Virus record (IMG/VR): IMGVR_UViG_3300038705_000018
Coordinates: 3,711-67,710 of that record
Length of the DNA stretch: 64,000 nucleotides
Origin: a virus
Strand: one strand, 5' to 3'
A program made the position numbers and the translations under genes. Within the stretch, counting starts at the first letter, position 1. Each line of letters begins with the position of its first letter. Below, one piece after another: positions 1-9,904 of this stretch. The notes below the pieces were generated by a model that saw only the letters and a program-made list of their open reading frames with translations, searched no databases and had not been told where the DNA came from.

Positions 1-1
1 T

Positions 2-175
2 ACCATTGTGAGATATCAAGAGCGCCTAAAAGTTTACGATATTGAAGGCATTCATAAAAACGTTAACGTTAGCGGTAATATTGATATGTGGGATGAAAAA
101 GCTCATCAACTATTCATCGATGTTCTAAGCGAACTAAATGAACATGAAAATTATTTTGCTACTATTAATGCTTAA
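2..175 (+). CDS. 3' end of a gene truncated by the window edge (function unknown)
   Basis: Frame is open from nt 2 to TAA at 173-175 (...FIDVLSELNEHENYFATINA*). The RBS of the next gene follows directly. Confidence 0.45.
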   Translation, partial: TIVRYQERLKVYDIEGIHKNVNVSGNIDMWDEKAHQLFIDVLSELNEHENYFATINA

Positions 176-189
176 AGAGGAGGTTCGTC

Positions 190-591
190 ATGTCTAAAGC
201 ACCATTTCAACCTATAGTCACAAAACCTGGAAACACTTTAAATGACAAAGGTGTACAGATAAAAGGAACTAACGATTTTGGCCGTAATAGTGAGCCCGTT
301 AAGAAACAAGTTATTAAGCCTATTATCAATAAAGCTAAAGTGACTGCTCCTGAAAAGCCAGATCAACGTTTAGTTCCATCTAAAACGGCTAAAATTTCAC
401 CAGCTGTTCTATTAAAACTAAATACACTTAAACCATTTATAAAAGAACAAGAAAGTATGGATAAGGCATCGATTAACAGTATTATCGATATGCTTCTTGA
501 AAGCTATGTAAATACTAAGCTAACAACAAGACAATCTGAAGGTTATAAAGGGATGTACAAGCACCTTTATGAAATGTTGGAAAAGAAATAA
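190..591 (+). CDS. Small basic protein; possible plasmid-partition/centromere-binding adaptor (weak)
   Basis: RBS AAAGAGGAGG lies just upstream of ATG190. Lys/Pro-rich N-half, helical C-half. Tight linkage to the upstream gene. The family idea is from memory only. Confidence 0.5.
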   Translation: MSKAPFQPIVTKPGNTLNDKGVQIKGTNDFGRNSEPVKKQVIKPIINKAKVTAPEKPDQRLVPSKTAKISPAVLLKLNTLKPFIKEQESMDKASINSIIDMLLESYVNTKLTTRQSEGYKGMYKHLYEMLEKK

Positions 592-646
592 ACAACAAAT
601 ACAATTTTCCTAGTCTATAGAATAATTCTTAGCATTTTCAATCCTA

Positions 647-1633
647 ATGTTAATGGAGATGAATTTCATGGGAGTAATTACGAAAAATGGCGATAATATA
701 ATTAATTTCGATTTATTTATAGAAGAGTACGGTTGCATAAAAGTTGAATTTAAGCAAAAAGAAGGGGAAAGGTACTATTTATATGCTTTTCGTAACGATT
801 TATCTGAGTGGGATTTTAATAAAGGCGAATTAATTTTAGTGACCCACAATGAAGATAAAGTTAAAGAGATCTCCTCAAAAGTGCTAACTTTATATGTAGG
901 TGAATTCTTTTGTAAAGAGTGTTTTAGAAAAAAAGATATTGAAAAATTATCTAAGAAAGATAATACGAAATATTGGTGTCATAATTTTTGGAAACAAACC
1001 CCGAATCATACTAAAAAATTACTACAAGATGAAATTTTATATTCAATAGATGATATGGATTGGTCTATGGTAAAAAGTATAACTAATAATGATAAATCTT
1101 TTGTATTCTTTGGAATATGTTCAGATTTTTGCATGACTCGTGAAGAATTCAAAAATAATGATGTAATACAAGAAAAAATAAAGTTGATGGACGACATATG
1201 GGAAGAACTAATAACAGATGAATTAATGAATGGCCCTGAAAGTTTATTAGAAGATATATTATGCGACCATATATTCATCATTGAAGAAGGTATGTCTTTT
1301 ATAGAAAGACAATATAGAGTTGAAAATGGGATTATTGATATTATAGCGAAGGATGAAAATGGCACTAAATGTATTATTGAATTGAAGACGGTTGATGATG
1401 ATAAAAGTTTAGTGTGGCAATCTGCTTATTACCCATCCTGTTTCAATGAAGATGTTCGTATGATTACAATTGCTCCCAATTATTCTACTCGAATATATAA
1501 CGCTCTTAAAAATATAAACAATGTTGAAATGAAAGTTTTCGGAAAAGGTCCAAACGGGAAACTCGATATAAAAGAATTTGATCCAGGAGAATCTGTTTCG
1601 GAAATAACAGAGGAATTGCCAATTATCGTGTGA
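647..1633 (+). CDS. PD-(D/E)XK nuclease-like protein (NucS/DUF91-like C-terminal domain)
   Basis: C-terminal motif ERQYRVENGIIDIIAKDENGTKCIIELK (D...E-x-K core) then QSAYY. N-half is unassigned and Cys-containing. The start could be a downstream Met. Confidence 0.55.
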   Translation: MLMEMNFMGVITKNGDNIINFDLFIEEYGCIKVEFKQKEGERYYLYAFRNDLSEWDFNKGELILVTHNEDKVKEISSKVLTLYVGEFFCKECFRKKDIEKLSKKDNTKYWCHNFWKQTPNHTKKLLQDEILYSIDDMDWSMVKSITNNDKSFVFFGICSDFCMTREEFKNNDVIQEKIKLMDDIWEELITDELMNGPESLLEDILCDHIFIIEEGMSFIERQYRVENGIIDIIAKDENGTKCIIELKTVDDDKSLVWQSAYYPSCFNEDVRMITIAPNYSTRIYNALKNINNVEMKVFGKGPNGKLDIKEFDPGESVSEITEELPIIV

Positions 1634-1640
1634 ATGATTT

Positions 1641-1665
1641 AGCCCTACATATGTAGGGCTTTTTG
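1641..1665 (+). terminator. Rho-independent terminator
   Basis: agccctacat/atgtagggct hairpin followed by TTTTT. Confidence 0.8.
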
Positions 1666-1678
1666 TATAATCACTCTT

Positions 1679-1793
1679 AAGTAGAAAAGTATACTTTTCT
1701 ACTTTTGCGTAGTTTTATGCAAATCCTTTACCAGAACCACCACGGCTGTTTCTTCTTTTTTAATCCTGTGCTTCCACTCGTTCATTATGCGCT
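1679..1793 (-). pseudogene. Decayed, internally deleted copy of the 3' end and terminator of a MerR-like gene
   Basis: Aligns with 3466-3672: same 22-bp palindrome GTAGAAAAGTATACTTTTCTAC, ccaccacggct, gtgcttcca, ttcattatgcgct. About 85 bp of the intact copy is missing. Confidence 0.7.
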
Positions 1794-1884
1794 AAATGAA
1801 AGTATCCACAAAATAAAAATAACCCTAATCTATTAACTGTCCTGTATCAAATGAACAGTTCACTATAAATATGGGCTCTTTTTT

Positions 1885-2340
1885 TTAAAGTTCACCAATA
1901 TGGGCTTTTAATCCTACAATATCGAATACTTTTTTTATTTCATTTTTATCATTTGTATTAATGAAGCTCTCTTGTTCGTGTGAACATGAAACTAACCATT
2001 TTTCTCCCTTTTTAAAGAAAGATAAATCTTCCGGCAAATCTGGCTGTTCCCAACAATATAGTGAATTGGATAAGTCTTTCAAAACCTTTTTCGCATGAGT
2101 ATTCGCGTGATAGAAATAAACTTTTGCTGTTTGATTATCACCTAAAATAGTACTAGACCACTCTGATAGTTCTCTCATTTCAATCAATGAAAAGTCAAGT
2201 TTCTTTAAAATTGTATCATAAGAATCCAATGGCCCCATATCTTTCCTTAAAACTAAATGGAATGTATCACAAGTTTCAAAAGCTAAGTCTAATAAATCTA
2301 CGTACACTTGATCTTTTGGATTAGAATCAATAATTATCAT
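1885..2340 (-). CDS. Immunity-like protein downstream of the toxin-like gene
   Basis: RBS GGGAGGAAAAC before MIIIDS. Small acidic cytoplasmic protein with a PEDLSFF...SCSHEQE motif, 41 nt after the toxin-like ORF. Assignment by context. Confidence 0.4.
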   Translation of the reverse strand: MIIIDSNPKDQVYVDLLDLAFETCDTFHLVLRKDMGPLDSYDTILKKLDFSLIEMRELSEWSSTILGDNQTAKVYFYHANTHAKKVLKDLSNSLYCWEQPDLPEDLSFFKKGEKWLVSCSHEQESFINTNDKNEIKKVFDIVGLKAHIGEL

Positions 2341-2411
2341 TGTGTTTTCCTCCCTTTTAAAATACTCCATATCTTAACAATAAAGATATGGAGTATAAAA
2401 GTAATTATATT

Positions 2412-3203
2412 TTATCTAGGGCCACCATAGAAAGCATGGCAATTCATACGTACAGATTTACCTTGTTTTAAATAACTAACTGGATGATAATGATAATGTT
2501 TCCCACTACCATTCGCATCAATTTCTGGTCCAACAGCCTTTCCAATCATACTAGCCATTTTAGCAAGACTCTGCGCGTTACTTTGAGATGTAGACCACGT
2601 ATCCCCCCCACCTTGTAGATGAGTGATTGCACGTGTTGTATCCATACCATTTCCGATAAATAATCCTCCAGTACGCCTGATAGCTACGTAATGGGTTTTA
2701 GATTTAGAACGTTTAGCAAATTCTTTATAAGCAATATATGTCGATCCACCAATTGCAATAACAAGACCCGAAGCAGCAAGTGCTCTTAAAAGTTGTTGAG
2801 TAATTGCAACTCCTATAGGAATAGCGAAAGCTGCTGCTGCTCTAGACGGATCTGCTACTTTAGAAGAACTGACTGTGAACTTTTCTTCTGTTTCAATATC
2901 AGTGACAGTTGCTTCCACTTCTTCTGTAGTTACATTTTCAACTTCTAATTTATACTCTTTCCCAAGTTGCCCAACATCTTCAGACTTTTCATTAGTTTGT
3001 ACAGACATATCTAAAGTTTCTTTATCTACTTTTATTAACCCTTTAATCCCATCGATTTCTGTTTCTATTACTAGTTTATCATTATCATTAGTGATAATTT
3101 TATAATCTTCATTACTTACAGCATGAGTTTCCTTTTGAAATCCCAAAGTGAACACTAAGGTGAAGCATAACAATGCGAGAATACTTTTTTTTATAAATTT
3201 CAT
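2412..3203 (-). CDS. Secreted protein with a His-rich C-terminal toxin-like domain (family unassigned)
   Basis: Signal peptide MKFIKKSILALLCFTLVFTLGFQKETHA, acidic middle, hydrophobic segment. C-terminus GKHYHYHP...NCHAFYGGPR. Confidence 0.4.
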   Translation of the reverse strand: MKFIKKSILALLCFTLVFTLGFQKETHAVSNEDYKIITNDNDKLVIETEIDGIKGLIKVDKETLDMSVQTNEKSEDVGQLGKEYKLEVENVTTEEVEATVTDIETEEKFTVSSSKVADPSRAAAAFAIPIGVAITQQLLRALAASGLVIAIGGSTYIAYKEFAKRSKSKTHYVAIRRTGGLFIGNGMDTTRAITHLQGGGDTWSTSQSNAQSLAKMASMIGKAVGPEIDANGSGKHYHYHPVSYLKQGKSVRMNCHAFYGGPR

Positions 3204-3460
3204 CTACTAATCTCCCCTTCTTTCTACTTCCGTGCGCACATTCTAAAATATAATTGATCAGATTATATATATAATCATAGTATTAAAAGTAAAATATTTC
3301 TAGTATTGGAATTAAATAATTTATATGTTATCATTTATAATTTAATACAACACTTTACTATATTTACTATATTTATCCATTTTTTATTTATCGCGTTTCT
3401 CTATTAAAGTAAACTCTTCCTAACAAACGTTAAAGCATATTTTTAATTAAAAATATTTAC

Positions 3461-3491
3461 AAAAAAAGGTAGAAAAGTATACTTTTCTACC
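3461..3491 (-). terminator. Terminator of the MerR-like gene
   Basis: Perfect palindrome ggtagaaaagta/tacttttctacc at 3468-3491. The A-run at 3461-3467 gives a U-run on the minus strand. Confidence 0.75.
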
Positions 3492-3515
3492 TTTGCGTAA
3501 CTTGTATAAATGCTT

Positions 3516-4103
3516 TTACCAAAACCGCCACCACGGCTTCTTCTCTTTTGCAGCAGCAACCTCATACCGAAACTCCTGCATCATTCTCTTCGTATCCTGC
3601 ATCTCACGCAGCGTTTTCATAAGCGTCTCATCCCGTGCTTCCAATCGTTTTTCCACGCGTTCATTATGCGCTTCTACACTCGCTTTGATTTCCTCGTTAC
3701 TTTGCTTCGCCTGCTCACTTAATCGCTTCTCCATCGCTAACATGCTTTGATTCATTTCTTGCGCCATAACGCTGTACTGTTCCTGTAATTGTTGTTTAAT
3801 GTGGAATGGCACTAAGTCCGTTTCCTCAGCCTCTTCTTGAATCAGATCCGGATTAACCTTCTCTATTTGCTGCGCAATCATCTTAGCTGCCTTTTCTAGC
3901 GTCATACCGTCATGCTTGCTGATTTCAATTAATCTCTCAATAACCATAATATCGCCTTCTGAGTATTCCCGTCTGCCGCGCTTATCCTTCTTTACTGCGA
4001 ATCCCTCACGTGACAATACTTCCATGTACTTTCTAAGGGTGCTATCGGAAATTCCTATTCGTTTGTATACTTCACTAGCAGAATAAACAATTTCGTCCGT
4101 CAT
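3516..4103 (-). CDS. MerR-family HTH protein with coiled-coil C-terminus (excisionase/regulator-like)
   Basis: N-terminus YSASEVYKRIGISDSTLRKYMEVLSREGFAVKKDKRGRREYSEGDI is a typical MerR wing-HTH. Confidence 0.7.
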   Translation of the reverse strand: MTDEIVYSASEVYKRIGISDSTLRKYMEVLSREGFAVKKDKRGRREYSEGDIMVIERLIEISKHDGMTLEKAAKMIAQQIEKVNPDLIQEEAEETDLVPFHIKQQLQEQYSVMAQEMNQSMLAMEKRLSEQAKQSNEEIKASVEAHNERVEKRLEARDETLMKTLREMQDTKRMMQEFRYEVAAAKEKKPWWRFW

Positions 4104-4205
4104 AACGTCACAACACCTCCTAGTGAGAGTATTCCATGACAGTTAAGGAATTCCTGCAAATAAAAAAGCCCTGGTATATAGGGCTTAGTTTTTACCACAT
4201 GATAT

Positions 4206-4394
4206 TTAAGGCCATATGAGAATAAGAAATATAACAAAAGCAATTAGTAATATCCCACATCCCATTGTCGGTTGCCCCATTTGAGATCCGTACTTACTAG
4301 AAATTGAACCTGCAATTATAAGAAATACACCAGCTAATATCAAAAATAACATGGTGAAGATAACCAAATTCATCCCCCTCAAATTTTGATACAC
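4206..4394 (-). CDS. Small two-TM membrane protein
   Basis: 62 aa, almost entirely hydrophobic. Confidence 0.45.
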   Translation of the reverse strand: MYQNLRGMNLVIFTMLFLILAGVFLIIAGSISSKYGSQMGQPTMGCGILLIAFVIFLILIWP

Positions 4395-4436
4395 CCTTTA
4401 TAATTTATTTAATTCATATAAAGTTTATTAAAGCTT

Positions 4437-4925
4437 TTAAATAGCTTTAGCAATCTCAACAAGCAGCCTCATAAATAAAGGAATCATTTGAACAACTATA
4501 TAACCAATCCCTGCACGACTTATTAGTGAGAATCCCCGTTCCTGGCTACCTACCATAATGAACAACCCACCGCATAACGCTACAACGGATGCAATCGGAT
4601 AGGATACTGCTTTAATCAAGAAGATAACCGGTTCAAACGCATTTACAATACGATTGTATAACTGGCCATCTATATAATTTTTTATTGCCCCGTCATTGGA
4701 CTGCACATCTTTAAATACTTCATTCACGTCTGGATTATTACCATCAGCAAATACATGAGGAATATCTATAATATTGCTGAATATAATAGCACTACCGATC
4801 ACAATACTTATTCGCGCCGCCACGGGTGCGTATTTTTTTACTTTCTTTTTGAACAAGCTCCACTTTTTCTTTGCTCCATAGTTACCATCCATAAAATCTT
4901 TGATGCTCATTGTCTCAGTTGCCAT
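4437..4925 (-). CDS. Membrane protein (transfer-module associated)
   Basis: RBS AGGGAG precedes ATGGCA (MATETMSIKDF). Several TM segments. The longer track ORF overlaps the upstream gene. Confidence 0.5.
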   Translation of the reverse strand: MATETMSIKDFMDGNYGAKKKWSLFKKKVKKYAPVAARISIVIGSAIIFSNIIDIPHVFADGNNPDVNEVFKDVQSNDGAIKNYIDGQLYNRIVNAFEPVIFLIKAVSYPIASVVALCGGLFIMVGSQERGFSLISRAGIGYIVVQMIPLFMRLLVEIAKAI

Positions 4926-4944
4926 ATGGACCATCTCCCTATTT

Positions 4945-5541
4945 TTAATGGAAATCAGTAACCGTAAATATGTTACAATCCAATCCCTCACAAAGCTTTT
5001 GAAGGTTCTTCCTGCGATATTCCGTCGTGGTGTACCAAATAAACTTAGGTGTCTTTTCAAATACTTTGCATTCCATTAATTTGCGATACTTCTGCATCTT
5101 GATACGGTTCGCGCTCATCTTTTGTTCATGATCCACCTCTACAATGTGGTAACGGCCATTATCCGTAAATAGTGCATCTGCAATTATGGAAACGATACCT
5201 TTCACATTCATCTTTACTTCCTGCTTCCACGTTTTCGGGCATTCATAAGCAATGTAGATGTCATTTCTCATAATGTAATGGCGAAATTGATTCGAACGTT
5301 TGAGTATCTTCTTACTTCCAATACGTTCACGCCCTTCCTTGTTAAGATAATAAACCTTCTCTCCATCCCTAAAGCTAGATACATATTCTTCAATTCCTTT
5401 CATGACACGAGAAGCATTCCTGTCACCACCAAGATCGTGAAGTACCTGGATTTGCTTTCTACTAAGAAAGCCGAGTTTCTTCAAGCTCAAGAGTATACTT
5501 TCCGTTCGGGCTTCCTTCATTGCTAACTTTTGCATTTTCAT
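4945..5541 (-). CDS. Replication-relaxation family protein
   Basis: RBS GGAAGGAG. N-terminal wHTH-like ILLSLKKLGFLSRKQIQVLH. Paired with the FtsK/SpoIIIE gene, as is typical for this family. Confidence 0.6.
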   Translation of the reverse strand: MKMQKLAMKEARTESILLSLKKLGFLSRKQIQVLHDLGGDRNASRVMKGIEEYVSSFRDGEKVYYLNKEGRERIGSKKILKRSNQFRHYIMRNDIYIAYECPKTWKQEVKMNVKGIVSIIADALFTDNGRYHIVEVDHEQKMSANRIKMQKYRKLMECKVFEKTPKFIWYTTTEYRRKNLQKLCEGLDCNIFTVTDFH

Positions 5542-6757
5542 ACTCCTTCCTCGCTCTGATGTTAATGTGTGGCTTTATAATGTTATCTATTTGCTTATTA
5601 TCGATATAAACCGTCTGTACGACCTTCTTCTCGTTCGTTTGATATATAGCCCTTCCCTTTATGTTAGGAAGACTCTCTGCGCCGCCTTCATCTAGCACAG
5701 CACGACTCCCTGCTTCTGTCTGCAGTCTGAAGCAAACACGAGCGCCAATGTTTTGACGCAGTTGTGACGGCATAGCGCTATTCGTCGGATATTGAGTTGC
5801 ATATATTAAACGAAATCCAGCCGCCCTGCCACGACGACCAATATCAACAATAATGTCCTGGCACTCCTGATATGGCGCTATATCGGCTGCTTCATCTACG
5901 ATTACAAAATACCGTAATGGATCCCCGGCTTCTTTTATATCTTCGTATCCTTTTTCTAGTAAGTATTCGTTTCTAGCAGTCAGTTTATCTTGTAATTCCC
6001 TTAGAGTCTCAAGTGCCTCCTCTGGGTTCTTCGCAATCGATTCGACTTGATTTAGGAATCTGTATCGGTTGAAAGAGAGCCCCCCCTTCAAATCTATAAG
6101 GAATAGCTTTATATTTTCTGATTGGTTGCGTACCAAGGATGTAATGATGAGCTTTAGTACATTAGATTTACCCATATCCGTCATACCGGCAGAGATCATA
6201 TGTGATAACTGGTCAAAGTCGTGTTTTATCAATCCATCCCTTGTATAACCAATAGGTACTTCCCATCCCCTACATTGTTTCATCATCTCATCTTCAAATT
6301 TCACGAAATCAGGAATTCCTTTCTCATAAACTCGTATTTTAAGTAATCCATCGTAAGACAGCTCAATTTCCTTTCTAACGAGGTTTTTCTTGTTTATGAT
6401 GTTTTGCATTTGTTTTAAGATGTCTTTTCGCAGTCGAAGAGATTTGAAGTCTTGTAGTTTAAAATCATAAACTTTGCTCTTGTGATTTAATCCATCCTCT
6501 AAATGTTGTATCTTTTGTTCGAAATCGGAGAAACTAAGACCAAGCGGAATCCTATACGCATATTCAACTCCCCAATCATTTCTTGTCTTACGGAGTAGCT
6601 GTATAGTCCTAGTTTCTTTCCCTTCCTTAACCTTCAAACCACAATTAGCGCAGATCCTTTGAATCTTAGAGGCATCATTTGTTGCTCCTTTTTGATGCAT
6701 TTTTGATAGAAAGACTACACCACCAACTGCCGCTGAACTTACTAACTCAAATATCAA
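5462..6757 (-). CDS. FtsK/SpoIIIE-family DNA translocase (TM-anchored)
   Basis: N-terminal TM segment. Walker A GMTDMGKSN, Walker B YFVIVDEAAD, then RGRAAGFRLIYATQ. Confidence 0.85.
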   Translation of the reverse strand: MIFELVSSAAVGGVVFLSKMHQKGATNDASKIQRICANCGLKVKEGKETRTIQLLRKTRNDWGVEYAYRIPLGLSFSDFEQKIQHLEDGLNHKSKVYDFKLQDFKSLRLRKDILKQMQNIINKKNLVRKEIELSYDGLLKIRVYEKGIPDFVKFEDEMMKQCRGWEVPIGYTRDGLIKHDFDQLSHMISAGMTDMGKSNVLKLIITSLVRNQSENIKLFLIDLKGGLSFNRYRFLNQVESIAKNPEEALETLRELQDKLTARNEYLLEKGYEDIKEAGDPLRYFVIVDEAADIAPYQECQDIIVDIGRRGRAAGFRLIYATQYPTNSAMPSQLRQNIGARVCFRLQTEAGSRAVLDEGGAESLPNIKGRAIYQTNEKKVVQTVYIDNKQIDNIIKPHINIRARKEYENAKVSNEGSPNGKYTLELEETRLS

Positions 6758-7039
6758 TGTTCAAACACCACCCTTCTTTATGTATTCTGCAAGAATAGTC
6801 CCTAGAGATTAGAAGAGAGAAAAACTGCTATGAATCATTGAAACTACTTATCTTTCAATGTCTGAAGCAGTATTCTGTAAACTAATTCTATTTGGAATAG
6901 GTGAAACGAAGTTTTAAAAGGTTATTAATTTAGAACTTAGAATCGTAATTTGTTTGGTATGGTAAAAGGTATTTCGTACTGTTTGGCCTTTATGTCAGTT
7001 TTTTTCCCACGTTTAAAAAAATGACGAAAAGGGCAAGCT

Positions 7040-7279
7040 ATGGTTGAGGTGGTAATATTGTTCGGATTAGGTAAAAAACGTAGTAAGTTCGGTCGTTGGT
7101 TAGACAAGCAAGGGATTACACAAGGAGATTTAGAGAAGGCCGCCAAGTTAAGTAGAGGTACGATTTCGAAAGTATGTAATGATAAAGAATACACACCTAA
7201 ATTTTCGACTATATCCCAAATAACAAGGGGATTAAAAAAATTAGGGAAAAACATAAATGAAAATGACTTTTGGATGTAA
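7040..7279 (+). CDS. XRE-family HTH regulator
   Basis: GITQGDLEKAAKLSRGTISKVCN helix-turn-helix. Divergent from the FtsK operon. Confidence 0.65.
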   Translation: MVEVVILFGLGKKRSKFGRWLDKQGITQGDLEKAAKLSRGTISKVCNDKEYTPKFSTISQITRGLKKLGKNINENDFWM

Positions 7280-7691
7280 TAATCAGCTCTCAAAACCGGG
7301 GACTGATTATTTTTTTCTTGAAATTTTCCTACCACTTTGATTTTTTAATTACTTGCCCCTCTTTAATAAGTATAAAGGGGGATTTATAATGCAAATTAAT
7401 TTCAATACTAATGGAAAGAAAATCAAATTTAAAATGACGGTTAACAAGCCTAGTTTTAAAGTCAAAGCAACAAGCCTGTTAATATTACTAAGGATTTCAG
7501 AAATTTTAAGTGCTATATCGCGTATCTTCTTTTAATAAAAAGCTGACTAAATTATGAAGATGGATTCTTACTTACTAGCTATATGACCGTCATTGATATT
7601 GATCCGTTGAATAAATCTATAATTTGTACGGATGCTTTTTACAATAACATGACGTTGAAATTTATCGATATTATTGATGCAAACTGAAAAA

Positions 7692-7720
7692 AAGCCGCCC
7701 AACAGGACGGCTCTTATTTT
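7692..7720 (+). terminator. Rho-independent terminator
   Basis: gccgccc/ggacggc stem followed by tcttattttt. Confidence 0.6.
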
Positions 7721-7935
7721 TGTTAATCAAACTATTCTTTTATATGAAATATCTAGCATATACCTAGACTTCGTTTGCCGTTACATAGTATATTCCTTTG
7801 CTATTTTGTAATTTATATTCGACATCATTATCAATATGCAACATTGCATATTAAAATAATAATATATAAACATTGTAATTTACATTTAACCCCTGTAAAA
7901 TTTAGGATGAAAAAAATATTATAGGAGATGTGATT

Positions 7936-8442
7936 ATGAAGAAAATCTTAACTTCACTTATGCTAATTGGATTAGTAGTATTTGGATTTATTTTACCAAG
8001 CAATAATGCAAGTGCAGCTGAAAATACCCCACTTGTCGACAATGTGCAAATTACTAACATTGGAAACAATGAGTATATCGACTATGGACAAGGTAAAAAA
8101 TATCGAGTTTATGCATATAAAAACACAACATTTAAAGGATATGCATATGACGCAAATGGGCAAGCAGTACCTGCTGGTACAACTTTTTACATTTACTTCG
8201 ATGGCGCACTAAATTTTGCTAAAAAAGATATTTTATGTACTGTAGGAGCAAATGGTGCATTTGAAGGTTCAGTGGAAATGCCTAGTGGTAAGGGGAACTA
8301 TTCTTTCTGGGCTTCAAGATCAACACACTACTATGATATTGTAAATCTTGGTTATTACAATGGTCCTAACAAAACTAATCCGATTTCAAAAGCAAATGAA
8401 AAAACAGTTTATCATTACTCTCATGGAGTATATCATTCATAA
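7936..8442 (+). CDS. Secreted protein of unknown function
   Basis: RBS TAGGAGA. Signal peptide MKKILTSLMLIGLVVFGFILPSNNASA. Own terminator. Confidence 0.65.
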   Translation: MKKILTSLMLIGLVVFGFILPSNNASAAENTPLVDNVQITNIGNNEYIDYGQGKKYRVYAYKNTTFKGYAYDANGQAVPAGTTFYIYFDGALNFAKKDILCTVGANGAFEGSVEMPSGKGNYSFWASRSTHYYDIVNLGYYNGPNKTNPISKANEKTVYHYSHGVYHS

Positions 8443-8448
8443 AAAAGA

Positions 8449-8474
8449 GCCAGCTCATAAGCTGGCCTTTTTTT
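8449..8474 (+). terminator. Rho-independent terminator
   Basis: gccagc/gctggc stem plus a T7 run. Confidence 0.8.
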
Positions 8475-8635
8475 ATTTCATAGAAATATAGACGTGATAA
8501 GTCTTAGTATGTTTTTCCTTTTAAATTGTGCTCTTTGTATTGCATGGATGCTTTCGGTTCAAATACTGAGTTTAAATTTGATGAATTAGTGAATATATAT
8601 TTTAAAAATCCACTCGACAGGATGAATTTCAATGT

Positions 8636-9445
8636 TTATTTTTTAATATACTCGTACCACCATTGTCTTTCGTCCATCCAAGCTGTAATCTTATCAAGTT
8701 CACCATTAGGTAGTGTCTCAGTTTGTAAGTACGCTAATCCAGTTAATGGATCAGATACAACTTGTCCCTCAGTACCGCGCTCATTCATAGCATTTACGAC
8801 TTCCTGGACCAATGAAATGCCAAATCCACCAGATTTAACATATTGATATCCACCATTAGAAACGTTTTGTTCTGGCTGATTCATTTCTGTAAACCAAGAT
8901 AAAGGTTTACTTCCGATTAATTCATTCAAATCACACTTACCGATACCAGGCACATTACCTGTTTCAGTATATTGCCAAATATCGCATAGATATGCTGGTC
9001 TCTTCCCACCATAACGTGGAATCCATACAAAGTCAGCAATTACATTTTCCATTCCAAATGGAGCATACATATGATGCCCGACATATAAACCAACTTTTTG
9101 AGCACCTAATCGGCGTAATTCATCAATAAATGCTTGTGTGCCCGCTCTCATATCATTCATTGTTTTTACTTCCACATCAGCAACCCAGACCGTTGCGCTC
9201 TTGTCTCCGCGATTCCAGAAGTCACGAGCTTCTATACGTGCATCATTTTCAGAAACAAAACGACAGAATGCATAGTTACCAAAAGGAATACCATGTTGCT
9301 TCATAGCTTGTACATACCCCTTATATAATGGATCTATATAATTTGAACCATCTTGTACACGTGTAATAATAAAATCAATATGTTGCTTTGCTACAGGCCA
9401 GTTAATATTACCATTCCATTTTGAAATATCTACAATATTTCCCAT
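8636..9445 (-). CDS. Endolysin, GH25 muramidase with C-terminal wall-binding region
   Basis: N-terminus [35 protein letters not shown] is typical GH25. Sits next to the holin. Confidence 0.85.
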   Translation of the reverse strand: MGNIVDISKWNGNINWPVAKQHIDFIITRVQDGSNYIDPLYKGYVQAMKQHGIPFGNYAFCRFVSENDARIEARDFWNRGDKSATVWVADVEVKTMNDMRAGTQAFIDELRRLGAQKVGLYVGHHMYAPFGMENVIADFVWIPRYGGKRPAYLCDIWQYTETGNVPGIGKCDLNELIGSKPLSWFTEMNQPEQNVSNGGYQYVKSGGFGISLVQEVVNAMNERGTEGQVVSDPLTGLAYLQTETLPNGELDKITAWMDERQWWYEYIKK

Positions 9446-9870
9446 TATTGAACATCTCCCTTTTTCTCTTCTTGTTTTTGTTTACCACCTAAAATTTCAA
9501 CTGCATTTGTTAAATCTTGTGGCAACGGAATACCCATTCGACCAGCATTTTCTAAAAGTGAAAGTAATTCATTACCCATGAAGAAGAAAATTGTTGCTTC
9601 TCGAATAGCACTATTACTTTCAAGTGCTGAATCTAGTTGTGCGGCCGCTCCGACCAAAAGAAAAAGCACCACCTTTTTGGCGATACCTTTGAAACCAACT
9701 TTGCTTTTTAATTCTCCGTTATATCCTGCTGCAATCATGCCAGTTAAATAATCAATAACTGCCATTGTGACTAAGATTTTCAATGTTGCATCCCATCCTC
9801 CTAAGAAATACCCACAGAAGCCACCAAAAGTGGCAATAAAAGTTTTTAATAGTACATCAATACGATCCAT
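9445..9870 (-). CDS. Holin
   Basis: 141 aa with 3-4 TM segments and a charged C-terminal tail. Its stop overlaps the endolysin start. Confidence 0.8.
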   Translation of the reverse strand: MDRIDVLLKTFIATFGGFCGYFLGGWDATLKILVTMAVIDYLTGMIAAGYNGELKSKVGFKGIAKKVVLFLLVGAAAQLDSALESNSAIREATIFFFMGNELLSLLENAGRMGIPLPQDLTNAVEILGGKQKQEEKKGDVQ

Positions 9871-9904
9871 ATTCTTTCCTCCGTTTCAAAATAAAAAAGA
9901 CCAA

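Noticed and set aside
1006-1365. Antisense ORF inside the NucS-like gene. Many similar track ORFs lie opposite long genes (e.g. 2875-3105, 3493-3750, 10438-12925 set, 15832-18003 set, 20395-21119, 23720-24037, 25258-25893, 35283-36073).
   Set aside because: They are fully nested antisense to well-supported genes, have low-complexity Ser/Phe/Leu-rich translations, and lack an RBS. This is typical AT-rich shadow-ORF noise.
6937-7335. 132-aa minus-strand ORF overlapping the XRE regulator.
   Set aside because: It overlaps the HTH gene, which has a clear motif. It has no RBS and an odd composition.
8526-8846. 106-aa plus-strand ORF overlapping the 3' end of the endolysin.
   Set aside because: It is antisense to the endolysin C-terminus and has no RBS.
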